DNA of 64,000 nucleotides from the NCBI GenBank assembly GCA_937912005.1, contig CALDOX010000015.1:180303-244302 (forward strand), read 5' to 3'. The notes beneath the pieces are model-generated. The model was not told the origin of the DNA, did not search any database, and saw nothing but the letters and a program-made list of their open reading frames with translations. Shown here piece after piece: positions 37,923 to 48,218 of the stretch; position 1 is the first letter of the stretch, and each line of letters starts with the position of its first letter. A program made the translations under genes and the position numbers. The stretch is from an uncultured Alphaproteobacteria bacterium (GTDB taxonomy: Bacteria; Pseudomonadota; Alphaproteobacteria; CAAGCB01; CAG-977).

Positions 37923-40900
37923 CTACGCCTTTTCGATTTTGAACGTCACTGCCGCGTCACCGACATCTTCGGTATCGCCTTTCATATTCGCTTGTTCTTC
38001 AAACGAAACGGCAAGGACCTGTTCGGAAATGTACGCTTTGTTTTCCTTCAGGGCTTCCAGAACCGTATTATCGGCGGACGTGTAAGCCACCGTGATTCTG
38101 TCAGATACGTCAAAGCCCGAGTCTTTGCGTTTTTGCTGAATGACGCGCACGAAGTCGCGGGCGATGCCTTCGCGTTCCAGTTCGGGACGCAAGGTTACGT
38201 CCAAAACGACCACCGCCGTATTATCCGGCAGAGCCTGTCCCGCGTTGCCGTCTTTCAGGACAAGACGCAGTTCGAATTCTTCCGGCAACAAAGTCTGTCC
38301 GGCGATCGACAAAGTGCCGTCCGCGTTTTTCGACCAGTCGTTTGTTTTGGACGCGGCCAGAATGTCTTTCATGAACCGCCCCAAACGCTTGCCGACCAAC
38401 GGCGTGATGATGTAAAGCGTCTGATCGGCCAAATCGGAAACGTCTTTGCCGAACGCGACTTCCTTAACGTTTACTTCGTCTTTGATCAGGTCGATGTAAT
38501 CCGCCAGACGACCGGCATTGTTGCCCGCCACCGTCATGGAAGCCAACGGCAGACGGTTGCGCAGTTTGTGATCTTCGCGGATCGACTTCGCGGTCGAACA
38601 GACGGCGCGCACGAAGTCCATATCGGCGACAAGCTTGTCGTCCGCCGCAAAGGCGTTATAATCGGGATAATCCGTCAAATGGACGCTTTCCTCCCCCGTC
38701 AGGGCGCGGTAGATGTATTCGCACGTCAACGGCATCAGCGGCGCGATCGCCTTCGTCAGCGTTACCAAAACCGTATACAGCACGTCAAAGGCTTCCTGTC
38801 CGTTGGAAACGTCCCAGAAACGGGCGCGGGAACGGCGGATGTACCAGTTGTTCATCAGCTCCAGAAAATCGGACACGTCGGAACACGCGGCGACGATGTC
38901 GCAAGCATCCAGTTTTTCCGTCAGGCCTTTGACCAGCTCGCGCGTCTTTGCCAGAATATAGCGGTCCAGCACGTCTTTTGCCGTCGTCGTAAAGTTCGCT
39001 TTCAATCCTTCGGCGTTGGCGTACAGCGTGAAGAAGTAGAACGCGTTCCACAACGGAATCAAAGCCTTGCGGGACGACTTCGCGATTTCCTTGCCTTCGC
39101 GGTCGATCGACAGGTTGCCGCCGCGCAAAATCGGCGAGGACACCAAAAACCACCGCAGAGCGTCCGATCCCAGCGTGTTGAACACGTCGGTCGGATCGGG
39201 ATAGTTGCGCAGACGTTTGGACAGCTTTTGCTGATTCTCGTCCAAAACGACGCCGTGGCACAGACAGGTCTTAAAGGGGGCGCGATCAAACAGAGCCGTG
39301 CTCATCACCATCAGCGTATAGAACCAACCGCGGGTCTGCGCCAGATATTCGACGATGAAATCCGCCGGAGAATGGTTTTCGAACCATTCCTTGTTTTCAA
39401 ACGGATAATGGACCTGCGCGAACGGCATCGAACCGGATTCGAACCAACAGTCCAGAACGTCCTCGACGCGGCGCATCATCGACTTGCCGGTCGGATCGTC
39501 CGGATTCGGACGGACGAGCGTGTCGATGAACGGACGGTGCAGATCGGTTACTTTAACGCCGAAATCCTTTTCCAGTTCGGCGATCGAACCGTACACGTCC
39601 ACGCGCGGATACTTCGGATCGTCGGATTTCCACACGGGAATCGGCGTTCCCCAGAAACGGTTTCTGGAAATCGACCAGTCGCGCGCACCTTCCAGCCACA
39701 TTCCCATCGCGCCGTTTTTGACGTGTTCGGGGATCCAGTTGATCGTCTTGTTGTTTTCCACCATACGGTCGCGGAATTCAGTCACTTTGACGAACCAGCT
39801 GTTGATCGCCTTGTAGATCAGCGGCGTGTCCGTGCGCCAGCAGTGCGGATAGTTATGCTTGTACATTTCCTTACGAACCAATTTTCCTTCCGCTTTCAGG
39901 CGTTTGATGATCGGTTCGTTCGTTTCAAAGACCTGCATTCCTTCGTAATCCGGCACTTCTTTGGTAAAGCAGCCTTTGCCGTCAACGGGACAAATGACCG
40001 GAATGTCATACGGTTGGCAGGCGATCATATCGTCTTCACCGAATCCGGGGGCGATATGAACGATACCGGTACCGTCTTCGGTCGAAACGTAATCCGCCTG
40101 AATGATTTGGAAGCAGTTTTTCGTTCCCGCAAAGTAATCAAACAACGGCTGATAGGTGCGTCCGACCAAATCCGCGCCCCTGACCGTGCGGACTTTTTCC
40201 GCCTTGGCCAGTTCGCGCTTGTATCTGCCCGCCAACGCCTGCGCGATGACGTACTGAATGCCGTCCTCTTCGTAAACGTCGTAGTCGATATCCTTGTTGA
40301 CGCACAAAGCCAAATTGGACGGCAGGGTCCACGGAGTCGTCGTCCATGCCAACACTTTGACGGGCTTTGTTTCGCCTTCAACCGGATTCAGCGTGAACAT
40401 CACGGTTACGGACGGGTCTTCGCGTTCGCGGTACGAGTTGTCCATACGCGTTTCAAAGTTCGATACCGGCGTTTCGGCCGCCCAGCTGTAGGGCAAAATG
40501 CGGACGCCTTCGTACATCAGGCCTTTTTTGTACAGCTCTTTGAACGCCCAGATGATGGATTCCATATACGGCAGATCCATCGTTTTGTAATCGTTGTCAA
40601 AAGCGACCCAACGCGCCTGACGGGTAACTGTTTGCTCCCATTCGTTCGTGTACATCAGCACGCGTTCTTTGCACGTTTCGTTGAACTTGCCGATTCCGAA
40701 TTTGGAAATCGCGGCGCGTCCGGAAATGCCCAGAAACTTTTCCGTATCCATTTCCGCGGGCAACCCGTGGCAGTCCCAACCGAAACGACGTTCGACACGA
40801 CGGCCGCGCATCGTCTGATAACGGGGAATGATGTCTTTCACATATCCCGTGACCAAATGCCCGTAATGCGGCAGACCGTTCGCGAACGGAGGGCCGTCGT

Positions 40901-41060
40901 AAAACACATATTCGTTAGAGCCTTTTTCACCGGCGGCACGATTGTTGACGGACTTTTTAAAAGTGCCGTTCTCGCGCCAAAACTTTAAAATGTCTTCTTC
41001 CAAAGCCGGAAAATCGGCTTTCGGGCTGACTTCGGGATAATGTTTTATTTTTTCGGACAT
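37923..41060 (-). CDS. ileS: Isoleucine--tRNA ligase, type 2 (eukaryote-like).
   Basis: 1045 aa. N-terminus FYDGPPFANGLPHYGHLVTGYVKD (HIGH region) plus a KMSKS-type region. The length and sequence style match type-2 IleRS. Confidence 0.9.
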   Translation of the reverse strand: MSEKIKHYPEVSPKADFPALEEDILKFWRENGTFKKSVNNRAAGEKGSNEYVFYDGPPFANGLPHYGHLVTGYVKDIIPRYQTMRGRRVERRFGWDCHGLPAEMDTEKFLGISGRAAISKFGIGKFNETCKERVLMYTNEWEQTVTRQARWVAFDNDYKTMDLPYMESIIWAFKELYKKGLMYEGVRILPYSWAAETPVSNFETRMDNSYREREDPSVTVMFTLNPVEGETKPVKVLAWTTTPWTLPSNLALCVNKDIDYDVYEEDGIQYVIAQALAGRYKRELAKAEKVRTVRGADLVGRTYQPLFDYFAGTKNCFQIIQADYVSTEDGTGIVHIAPGFGEDDMIACQPYDIPVICPVDGKGCFTKEVPDYEGMQVFETNEPIIKRLKAEGKLVRKEMYKHNYPHCWRTDTPLIYKAINSWFVKVTEFRDRMVENNKTINWIPEHVKNGAMGMWLEGARDWSISRNRFWGTPIPVWKSDDPKYPRVDVYGSIAELEKDFGVKVTDLHRPFIDTLVRPNPDDPTGKSMMRRVEDVLDCWFESGSMPFAQVHYPFENKEWFENHSPADFIVEYLAQTRGWFYTLMVMSTALFDRAPFKTCLCHGVVLDENQQKLSKRLRNYPDPTDVFNTLGSDALRWFLVSSPILRGGNLSIDREGKEIAKSSRKALIPLWNAFYFFTLYANAEGLKANFTTTAKDVLDRYILAKTRELVKGLTEKLDACDIVAACSDVSDFLELMNNWYIRRSRARFWDVSNGQEAFDVLYTVLVTLTKAIAPLMPLTCEYIYRALTGEESVHLTDYPDYNAFAADDKLVADMDFVRAVCSTAKSIREDHKLRNRLPLASMTVAGNNAGRLADYIDLIKDEVNVKEVAFGKDVSDLADQTLYIITPLVGKRLGRFMKDILAASKTNDWSKNADGTLSIAGQTLLPEEFELRLVLKDGNAGQALPDNTAVVVLDVTLRPELEREGIARDFVRVIQQKRKDSGFDVSDRITVAYTSADNTVLEALKENKAYISEQVLAVSFEEQANMKGDTEDVGDAAVTFKIEKA

Positions 41061-41202
41061 CGTTTTTCACTTTTGTTAATCAAGTTCTGTATTTATATAA
41101 GACTTTTTAAACGGATAGCAAATATTGTCAATAGAATCCTTGACGACAAGAGGATTTTACGAGATTCTTATTAAGCTATGAACTCTGACAGGACCGGATA
41201 AA

Positions 41203-44200
41203 ATGACGCAGGACACAGAAGCCGAATACAACTCGAATGCTTTTTCCGACGATACAAAAATGATGTTTTCCGAACAAAGCGGTTTGCCTGAACAAGTCAA
41301 ACCGCAAAAAACGGATAACAGCTTGATCGCCGCTGCCGCTTTAAGCATTGTCTGGGCCTTTTTGGTCATTGATTATCTGCTGTCCAGCGGTTGGTGGGCA
41401 GCACGTTTTGAAATGACTCCGCCCGAGTTTATGAGCATTATCGCCGGATCTTTGTCTCCGTTTGCTTTTATTTGGATTGCCGCCATTTATTTTTCTTCTC
41501 AGCGCAAATATGTCAAAGAAGCCCGAAAGCTGCGCAGTTATATTTTTGAATTTACGCATCCCAACGCCAAAAACAAATTATACGTCAAGTCCCTGTTGGA
41601 TGATATCCGCCAACAAACATCGGATTTAAACATTGTGTACGGCTTGTTGAAAGAATGCACAAACAACACGCAAAACGCTTTAAAAGACCGATTAAACGAT
41701 CTGAACCGCATTGTCGCCGCCCTTCAGGAAGACATCGAAACATCCGTTCATAAAATAGGGCAGCAAACGGAACTGCTTAACGAATCGTCCGTACAAATCA
41801 ATGAAAGAACAACAGAAGCTGCCGGATTGCTGGAAACGAACCTGACGGCCATTCAAACCGCAGCCGATCAATTTTCCGACCTGACATCTTCGGTTAATTC
41901 CGATTTGCAAACTGCTGTTCATCAACTGACCGAAACCGGCGATACGCTCTCCGACAAAACGCTGCGCATTTCTTCCGAAATTCGGGAACAACAAACATTA
42001 CTGCAAAACACCGCTGAAAACGTACGCGATATTATGACGCGTCAAACAGCCGCCGCAGCCGCGGAATTAAACCGTCAGAGCGCTTTTATTGTCGAAGCGG
42101 GGAATCGCATATTCGAGACAGTCAACCAACAATCACTCCGCGTCAAAGAGGCTGTTGAAAATCATGTAGCCGCCCTGACCGGCAGCGGCGAATCTATTGA
42201 AAATAATGTTTATTCCATTATCTCCGATTTAGAAACACAGATTTCTGTTCTGAACGATACGGCGCAATCCGCTCAAGACAACACGGAAAAAATGCTGTCC
42301 GGATTGGAACGGCGCATCAATATGCTTGAAGACCTTTTCAGCAAACAAATCGATACCGTTTCCGCCAACGACAAACAGCTGCTTGAAACAGCCGGACAAA
42401 TTCAAAACACCTTTAAAGAACAAAATGCGCTGCTGGATCAGGAAGCGGAAAAAATTATCACGCGTTTCAAAACGATTGAAACAACATTGGATACTTATAT
42501 TAATGAAATCAATTCGGCTTCGACAACCGCGATTGATCAAATTTCCGTCGTTTCCGAATCCCTGAGCGGAAAAGCGGGCCAGATTGCCGCCGTCGGCGAA
42601 CAAACCCGGACAGAAATATCGGCTGTTGACGAAGATATTTCAAACAGAGCCGGCCGTTTGACGGAAGCGGTTTCCAGATTGAAAGAACGGGCTGAAACCG
42701 TTTCGGCGGCTTTAACCGAGCATACTCAAAAACTGGCGGAAGCATTGGACGGCACAGAGCCGCGCTTATCCGCCATTCAGGAAAACATTCGGACAAGCCT
42801 TGCGGAACTGAACGACAACATAACCGCGACAGAAGAAAAAACGGAAACGGCTTGCCAGAAATTAATGAAGCAAAACAATGAGTTGTCAGATTTGACCGGT
42901 GCTTTGGTTTCTCAAGCGATTGTAACGGAAACATCTTTGGCTCAGCAACAAAAATACATTTCCAACGCTGCCGCAAAAATAGATGCGGCCAAAACCGATC
43001 TGAAAGAACAATCGACAGATTTGACGGATATTGCCGAATTGCTTGATTCGCGTGCGGCGGAAACGGTTTTGCGTCTGACCCGTTTATTCGAAGACACTCT
43101 GACGCAGTCCGGCAAAATCGTCGATCAGGTCAATACGCTGGATGCCAGCCTTTTAAGTAAAATCAACGCCTTGGATATGTCTTCGCAAAAGACGGTCATC
43201 GCCAACAATACGCTGCATGAAGAATTGGATCGCCATAAAGCGCTTTTGGACGCTTCCGCAAATCGGATGACCACCTACGCGGAAGAAATAAGCGCGGAAA
43301 TTGCCAGACAAACGACTCAAATGGATATTTCTTCCGAACTGATCCAATCCCGCTGTGAAAAAGTCGTTCAGCAAATTGACGAACAGTTCAGAAAATTAAC
43401 GGAAGACGCCCAAATTTTAATTGACAACACACAAAACGCTTCCACCGTGATGACGGATCAGTCCGAAAAACTTGAAACGCTCTTTAACCGGCAAAACTCA
43501 ACATTATCCGAAGTATCGGACAAACTGGCGGAACAAAGTTCTCAGGTTGCAACGATGCTTCGCGAACAATCCGAACAGGCGGATAAAGATTTGGAACGCC
43601 TTGTTTCCAGAATCAATTTAATTGAAGAAGGATTGAACGTTCAAACAAAAGAACTCTCCCACGCTTCCGAAATGACCATATCGCAGCTGGAAACCGTCGG
43701 AACAGCCTTAACGCGCCAAGCGGAAACATTGTCAACGCTCAGCGATGACACGAAGGAAAAAATAGCAGAAATCAGTTCTTCCGTTTCCGACGCCACGACA
43801 AAATTATCGGAAATGGCGCAGATCGCCTGCCAACGCAATTCCGAATCTTTATCCGCTTTGGAAGCCAAACAAAATGACTTTAAGCAATCCGCAGACGATT
43901 TGATGCAGAGAATCCTTGCTTTGCAGGATGAAATATCGCAGCAAACCGACAATTTGCAAAAACAGTCTGTCAAATCGACACAGCAAGCCGTTATGGTACG
44001 CGATTCCATGCAACGGCATATTGTTGATCTGGGAGACGTGGCCAATATCGTGGCAACGCAATCCCGTATGGGGGAAGCGGCGCTAAGCAATCAGATCAAT
44101 TATCTGAAAGAAGCGGCGGAAAACGTTATGACGCACATCCGAAGCATTAATGAAGCGGTTCGTCAGAATACAAACGATTTGTTGACCGCGTCTTCGCGAA

Positions 44201-45369
44201 TCGGTTTTGAATTGGATGCGATGGGTGAAAATTTGCGCCGCAGAAATGAGGAAGCATCCAAATCTGCCGAAGACAGTTTGGCCAGATCGCAGGCCGCCGC
44301 TCAATTTTTGGAAGAAAAAGCTATTCTTTTATCCGATATGACCGAACAGGTAACGAACAATCTGACGACGGCCGGCAATGAATTTTCAGCCCATGCCAAT
44401 ATGATCGAAGCTGCCGGACAAATCGCCAGGGAACAGCTGGAAACGACGGGAGAATCTTTCCTGGTTCAATCTCATCAGCTGACCCGTATTTCCGAAGACG
44501 CACAAAAGGCCGTTAAAAACCTGAGTATTGTTATGCGGGAACGGGCGGTTGATTTCAATAAAACCGCCGAAGAAGCCGGCGCCCGGGTACGCAGTATGAA
44601 TGATACCATCATACAGATCGAAAAAGAATTTGAAGAAATGTCAAACAAAGGCGTTATTCAAATTGACCTGGCCGGCCAGCGTCTGCGCTCCATGCTCAGC
44701 GAAGTGGCCGGAAATTCCGAACGCATTGCCGTTGAAGTGCGTAAATCCGGCGAACAGTTTGTCGATCAGTCGGATTTGTTGTCCGTCGCTGCGGATGACG
44801 CATTAAAACGGCTGCAGAATTTATTGAATATCATGCGTGAAAACGCCAAAGAAATTCAGGAATCCGGCGAAAAGATTTCGGCTCAGTCTCTGAAATTGGG
44901 CGGTGCGTTCAACAGACAGGTTCAGTCTTTGATTTCCGCCTCCCGATCGGCGGAAGAATACATTACCGCATTGGATAAAAGAAAAGAAGAAGCCGATACG
45001 GATCGTTTTATGAAAGAAGCCTCTTTTATTCTGGAAAGGCTGCAGTCTTTGGGTGTTGATATGGCGCGCATTTATACGCCAAATGTTGAAGAAGACCTTT
45101 GGAAACGGTATTATTCCGGCGACAGAAGCGCGTTTATTCGTCATCTGTCCCGCGCAGTCGACAAACAACAAGTACGAAAAATAACGGAAACTTTTACGGA
45201 AAACGCTGAATTCAGAGAATATGTTTCCCGCTATATTGCCGAATTTGACAGTATTTTATCCCGCGCTCAGGAAAATGAACGCTCTGATATTTTAACCGGT
45301 ATTTTGCTGGGCTCCGAAGCGGGACGTTTGTACATGCTTCTATCCAAAATCTTCAATAAGGAAGCTTAA
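41203..45369 (+). CDS. Large two-TM coiled-coil protein with TipN-like topology (candidate polarity/flagellar-placement landmark).
   Basis: 1388 aa. It has a ~40-aa cytoplasmic head and two TM helices (LIAAAALSIVWAFLVIDYLLS; IIAGSLSPFAFIWIAAIYF). About 1290 aa of Glu/Gln/Leu/Thr-rich heptad-like sequence follows, with no recognisable catalytic motifs. Confidence 0.45.
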   Translation: MTQDTEAEYNSNAFSDDTKMMFSEQSGLPEQVKPQKTDNSLIAAAALSIVWAFLVIDYLLSSGWWAARFEMTPPEFMSIIAGSLSPFAFIWIAAIYFSSQRKYVKEARKLRSYIFEFTHPNAKNKLYVKSLLDDIRQQTSDLNIVYGLLKECTNNTQNALKDRLNDLNRIVAALQEDIETSVHKIGQQTELLNESSVQINERTTEAAGLLETNLTAIQTAADQFSDLTSSVNSDLQTAVHQLTETGDTLSDKTLRISSEIREQQTLLQNTAENVRDIMTRQTAAAAAELNRQSAFIVEAGNRIFETVNQQSLRVKEAVENHVAALTGSGESIENNVYSIISDLETQISVLNDTAQSAQDNTEKMLSGLERRINMLEDLFSKQIDTVSANDKQLLETAGQIQNTFKEQNALLDQEAEKIITRFKTIETTLDTYINEINSASTTAIDQISVVSESLSGKAGQIAAVGEQTRTEISAVDEDISNRAGRLTEAVSRLKERAETVSAALTEHTQKLAEALDGTEPRLSAIQENIRTSLAELNDNITATEEKTETACQKLMKQNNELSDLTGALVSQAIVTETSLAQQQKYISNAAAKIDAAKTDLKEQSTDLTDIAELLDSRAAETVLRLTRLFEDTLTQSGKIVDQVNTLDASLLSKINALDMSSQKTVIANNTLHEELDRHKALLDASANRMTTYAEEISAEIARQTTQMDISSELIQSRCEKVVQQIDEQFRKLTEDAQILIDNTQNASTVMTDQSEKLETLFNRQNSTLSEVSDKLAEQSSQVATMLREQSEQADKDLERLVSRINLIEEGLNVQTKELSHASEMTISQLETVGTALTRQAETLSTLSDDTKEKIAEISSSVSDATTKLSEMAQIACQRNSESLSALEAKQNDFKQSADDLMQRILALQDEISQQTDNLQKQSVKSTQQAVMVRDSMQRHIVDLGDVANIVATQSRMGEAALSNQINYLKEAAENVMTHIRSINEAVRQNTNDLLTASSRIGFELDAMGENLRRRNEEASKSAEDSLARSQAAAQFLEEKAILLSDMTEQVTNNLTTAGNEFSAHANMIEAAGQIAREQLETTGESFLVQSHQLTRISEDAQKAVKNLSIVMRERAVDFNKTAEEAGARVRSMNDTIIQIEKEFEEMSNKGVIQIDLAGQRLRSMLSEVAGNSERIAVEVRKSGEQFVDQSDLLSVAADDALKRLQNLLNIMRENAKEIQESGEKISAQSLKLGGAFNRQVQSLISASRSAEEYITALDKRKEEADTDRFMKEASFILERLQSLGVDMARIYTPNVEEDLWKRYYSGDRSAFIRHLSRAVDKQQVRKITETFTENAEFREYVSRYIAEFDSILSRAQENERSDILTGILLGSEAGRLYMLLSKIFNKEA

Positions 45370-45542
45370 AAAAAACATCATTTCCGCGGCCTTCGGCAAA
45401 AAGAAAAGTTGTTTGTTTAATGTGTTTTGTCTTATGATAATGATCGGAAAACGAAAAAACGACAAAAAGACAGAAGCAATACATGCAACGCTTTTTTATC
45501 GGATAAATATATTTTTAAAGCTTATTTAACAGGAGAAATCAA

Positions 45543-45872
45543 ATGCAAATCGAAAAAACGCAGGAAGGTGATATTGTTGTTTTGAAGGTTATCGGCCAGC
45601 TGACATCGTCAACATCGCCTGCGCTGGAAACCGCTGTTAACGACGTTTTGAAAACGGAAAGCAATCTTGTTTTAGATTTTGCCGAATTGGATTTTTTGGC
45701 TTCCTCCGGTTTACGCGTCATTTTATCGACTCAGAAAAGAATAAACGCCAAAAACGGCGCGCTGGTTATCCGCAACGTCAATAAAGTTGTGATGGAAGTG
45801 TTTGAAATGACCGGATTGCGGGATTTTCTCAATGTTTTCCAGGGCAATCGGCAGATTTCCGGTTCAAAATGA
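45543..45872 (+). CDS. STAS-domain anti-sigma-factor antagonist (SpoIIAA/RsbV-like).
   Basis: 109 aa. LDFAELDFLASSGLRVIL is a typical STAS phospho-serine region. Strong RBS (AGGAGA). Confidence 0.8.
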   Translation: MQIEKTQEGDIVVLKVIGQLTSSTSPALETAVNDVLKTESNLVLDFAELDFLASSGLRVILSTQKRINAKNGALVIRNVNKVVMEVFEMTGLRDFLNVFQGNRQISGSK

Positions 45873-45920
45873 CGGAATTGCGGGAAATTATCAATATCCA
45901 CTAACAGATCGGGACACACG

Positions 45921-48218
45921 ATGCTCGAAAAAAAAGCCCCCTCTTTGCACCGCGTTTTTCAAGCGTGGTTGTTGTTGTTTGTCTTTATCGCTTTTTGCAT
46001 CATATTCGGCCTTTCGTATTTCTTTCAAACGCGTTCGGCTCAAAATATGATGATGCGTCAGGCGGTTTTACATTTGGATTATATCGGCAATCAGGTCAAA
46101 ATCATTGAAGACGATTTAAAAGATCTGAAAAAAGAATTAAGCAACGGTTTGGTTGAAAAAGCCCGTGTTTTTGCCATGCTTTTGAAAAATGCGCCGATAT
46201 TGCTGCATAATAAAAACTTTTTGCGTGATTGGAGCAAAGACGCGGGAATAGAAGAAATCAGCATCCTTGGCAAAGACGGCATCGTGATCGAATCTTTTCC
46301 GGAAAAATTCATCGGCACCGATTTTAAAGAATACGATCTGATGCACCCCTATTTACCGTTGATTAACAAGAACAACGGCGTTTATATCGAAGATTTGCGC
46401 ACCAGTTATAACAAAAGCGGCAGCGTTAATTCGTTGGTACAATTTGTCGGCGTATCACGTTTGGATGCTCCCGGCGTCATTCAGATGGGGTATTCGGCCG
46501 AACGATATGCCGAAGCATTAAAAACGGCGTCCGCCGACGTTTTAGCCGATGATTATATTCTGGGAAAAGACGGTTTTATCATTATCTCAAAAGACGATAA
46601 AATTATCAGCGCCGGACATAAAGAGTTAAAAGGAACGACTTTGACGGGTTCCGATTGGAACTTCATCAAAGATATGCCGGAAAATCAGATTTTATTAAAA
46701 AATTCCGTTTTCCTGATGTCACGACAAATTGATTCTTATCGTTTAACCGCCGTCATGCCGAAAAGCGATGTTTACGCCTTCCGCAATACGATTTTATCGT
46801 GGGCGGCTCTCGTTTACATACTTCTGCTGTTCATCGTGTACGTTTTCCTGTCGGCATTATTGGAGCGGGTCGTCGTCCGCGGGATTGAAAAAACAAACAC
46901 GACATTGGAAAAAATTACCGAAGGAAACCTGAACGAAAAAGTCGATGTGCATTCGAATCTGGAATTTGTTTCTCTGTCCAACGGCATTAACACAATGGTT
47001 GACACGTTGAAAGAAGCGATTGCCGAAGCAGCCGCCCGTTTGGATAAGGAATTGGAATTTGCCCGAGAAATTCAACATGCCGCTTTGCCGCGCATATTTC
47101 CGCCGTATCCCAACAAAAACGAATTCGATATTTTTGCATCAATGACGGCGGCAAAAGAAGTCGGAGGCGATTTTTACGATTTCTTTTTATTGGGACACAA
47201 CGGAAGTCATATCGGCATCGTCATTGCCGACGTATCCGGAAAAGGAATTCCGGCTGCTTTGTTTATGATGTCCGCCAAAACGCTAATCAAAAATTTTGCC
47301 GAAACGGGAATGTCGCCCGCAGAAATTTTTTATCATACAAACGAAAAATTATGTGAAAACAACGAAGCCGGCATGTTTGTAACGGCGTTTATGGGGATAT
47401 TGGAAATCGAAACCGGCAAATTCACCTATGTCAATGCGGGACACAATCCTCCGTTGATAAAACGGGCGGACGGCGGTTTTGAACGAATGACGTTAAAACC
47501 TGGATTTATGTTGGGCGCTCTGGATTCTTTTGCGTATCAACAGAGCGAAACATGTCTGGACGGCGGCGACACCATATTTTTATATACCGACGGTGTTACG
47601 GAAGCTCAAAATAAAAACCTGGAATTGTTTGGAGACGATCGTTTGCGCGACGTTTTGAACGAAAACGCTGATAAAGCGCCGAAAGAACTGCTGACAGCCG
47701 TGCATAAAGCGGTTGCCGCGTATGTTGACGGCGCGGAACAATCCGATGATTTAACTATGCTGGCTTTGACATATCATCCGAAAACGCTGACCGTTCCCGC
47801 TGAAATCGAACATCAGGACGACGTTATGAACTTTGTTGACGAGATGTTGAAAAAAGCCTCCGCATCGCCGGAAACCATCGCCAAAACGAATATCGTGTTG
47901 GATGAAATTTTTACCAACATCTGTCATTACGCATATGCGCCGGCCAAAGGAACAGCGACGATTCGTTGTTGTGTCGGCGGAACGCCCGCTTTTATGTCTT
48001 TGGTATTCCGCGACAAAGGAAAGCCGTTTAACCCGTTGAACAAAGCGGATCCTGATATTACGGCAAAAATAGAAGACCGTGAAATCGGCAATCTGGGCAT
48101 TTTTATGGTAAAACAGATCATGGATTCCGTCGAATATGAATACAAAAACGAAGAAAACGTGCTGACCATGGTCAAACGTTTGGAAACCGCTTTGAACGAA
48201 AAACAGCCGATTGATTAA
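45921..48218 (+). CDS. Fused partner-switching protein: membrane sensor, HAMP, PP2C (SpoIIE/RsbU) phosphatase and an RsbW-like GHKL serine kinase, all in one polypeptide.
   Basis: Two TM helices flank a ~250-aa periplasmic domain, followed by a HAMP-like helix. Next comes the PP2C domain (VGGDFYDFF...GIVIADVSGKGIPAALFM...LYTDGVTEA). Last comes a HATPase_c_2 domain (N-box DEIFTNICHYAY, G-box GNLGIFMVKQ). Confidence 0.75.
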   Translation: MLEKKAPSLHRVFQAWLLLFVFIAFCIIFGLSYFFQTRSAQNMMMRQAVLHLDYIGNQVKIIEDDLKDLKKELSNGLVEKARVFAMLLKNAPILLHNKNFLRDWSKDAGIEEISILGKDGIVIESFPEKFIGTDFKEYDLMHPYLPLINKNNGVYIEDLRTSYNKSGSVNSLVQFVGVSRLDAPGVIQMGYSAERYAEALKTASADVLADDYILGKDGFIIISKDDKIISAGHKELKGTTLTGSDWNFIKDMPENQILLKNSVFLMSRQIDSYRLTAVMPKSDVYAFRNTILSWAALVYILLLFIVYVFLSALLERVVVRGIEKTNTTLEKITEGNLNEKVDVHSNLEFVSLSNGINTMVDTLKEAIAEAAARLDKELEFAREIQHAALPRIFPPYPNKNEFDIFASMTAAKEVGGDFYDFFLLGHNGSHIGIVIADVSGKGIPAALFMMSAKTLIKNFAETGMSPAEIFYHTNEKLCENNEAGMFVTAFMGILEIETGKFTYVNAGHNPPLIKRADGGFERMTLKPGFMLGALDSFAYQQSETCLDGGDTIFLYTDGVTEAQNKNLELFGDDRLRDVLNENADKAPKELLTAVHKAVAAYVDGAEQSDDLTMLALTYHPKTLTVPAEIEHQDDVMNFVDEMLKKASASPETIAKTNIVLDEIFTNICHYAYAPAKGTATIRCCVGGTPAFMSLVFRDKGKPFNPLNKADPDITAKIEDREIGNLGIFMVKQIMDSVEYEYKNEENVLTMVKRLETALNEKQPID

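Noticed and set aside
37992-40988. 998-aa plus-strand ORF without stops
   Set aside because: It lies entirely antisense to the well-supported type-2 ileS gene, and its translation is low-complexity Arg/Val/Gly-rich with no recognisable domains. It is a classic shadow ORF from codon bias.
41061-41202. CtrA box upstream of the TipN-like gene
   Set aside because: It contains ttaatcaag and cttattaagc, but neither forms TTAA-N7-TTAA. No claim is made.
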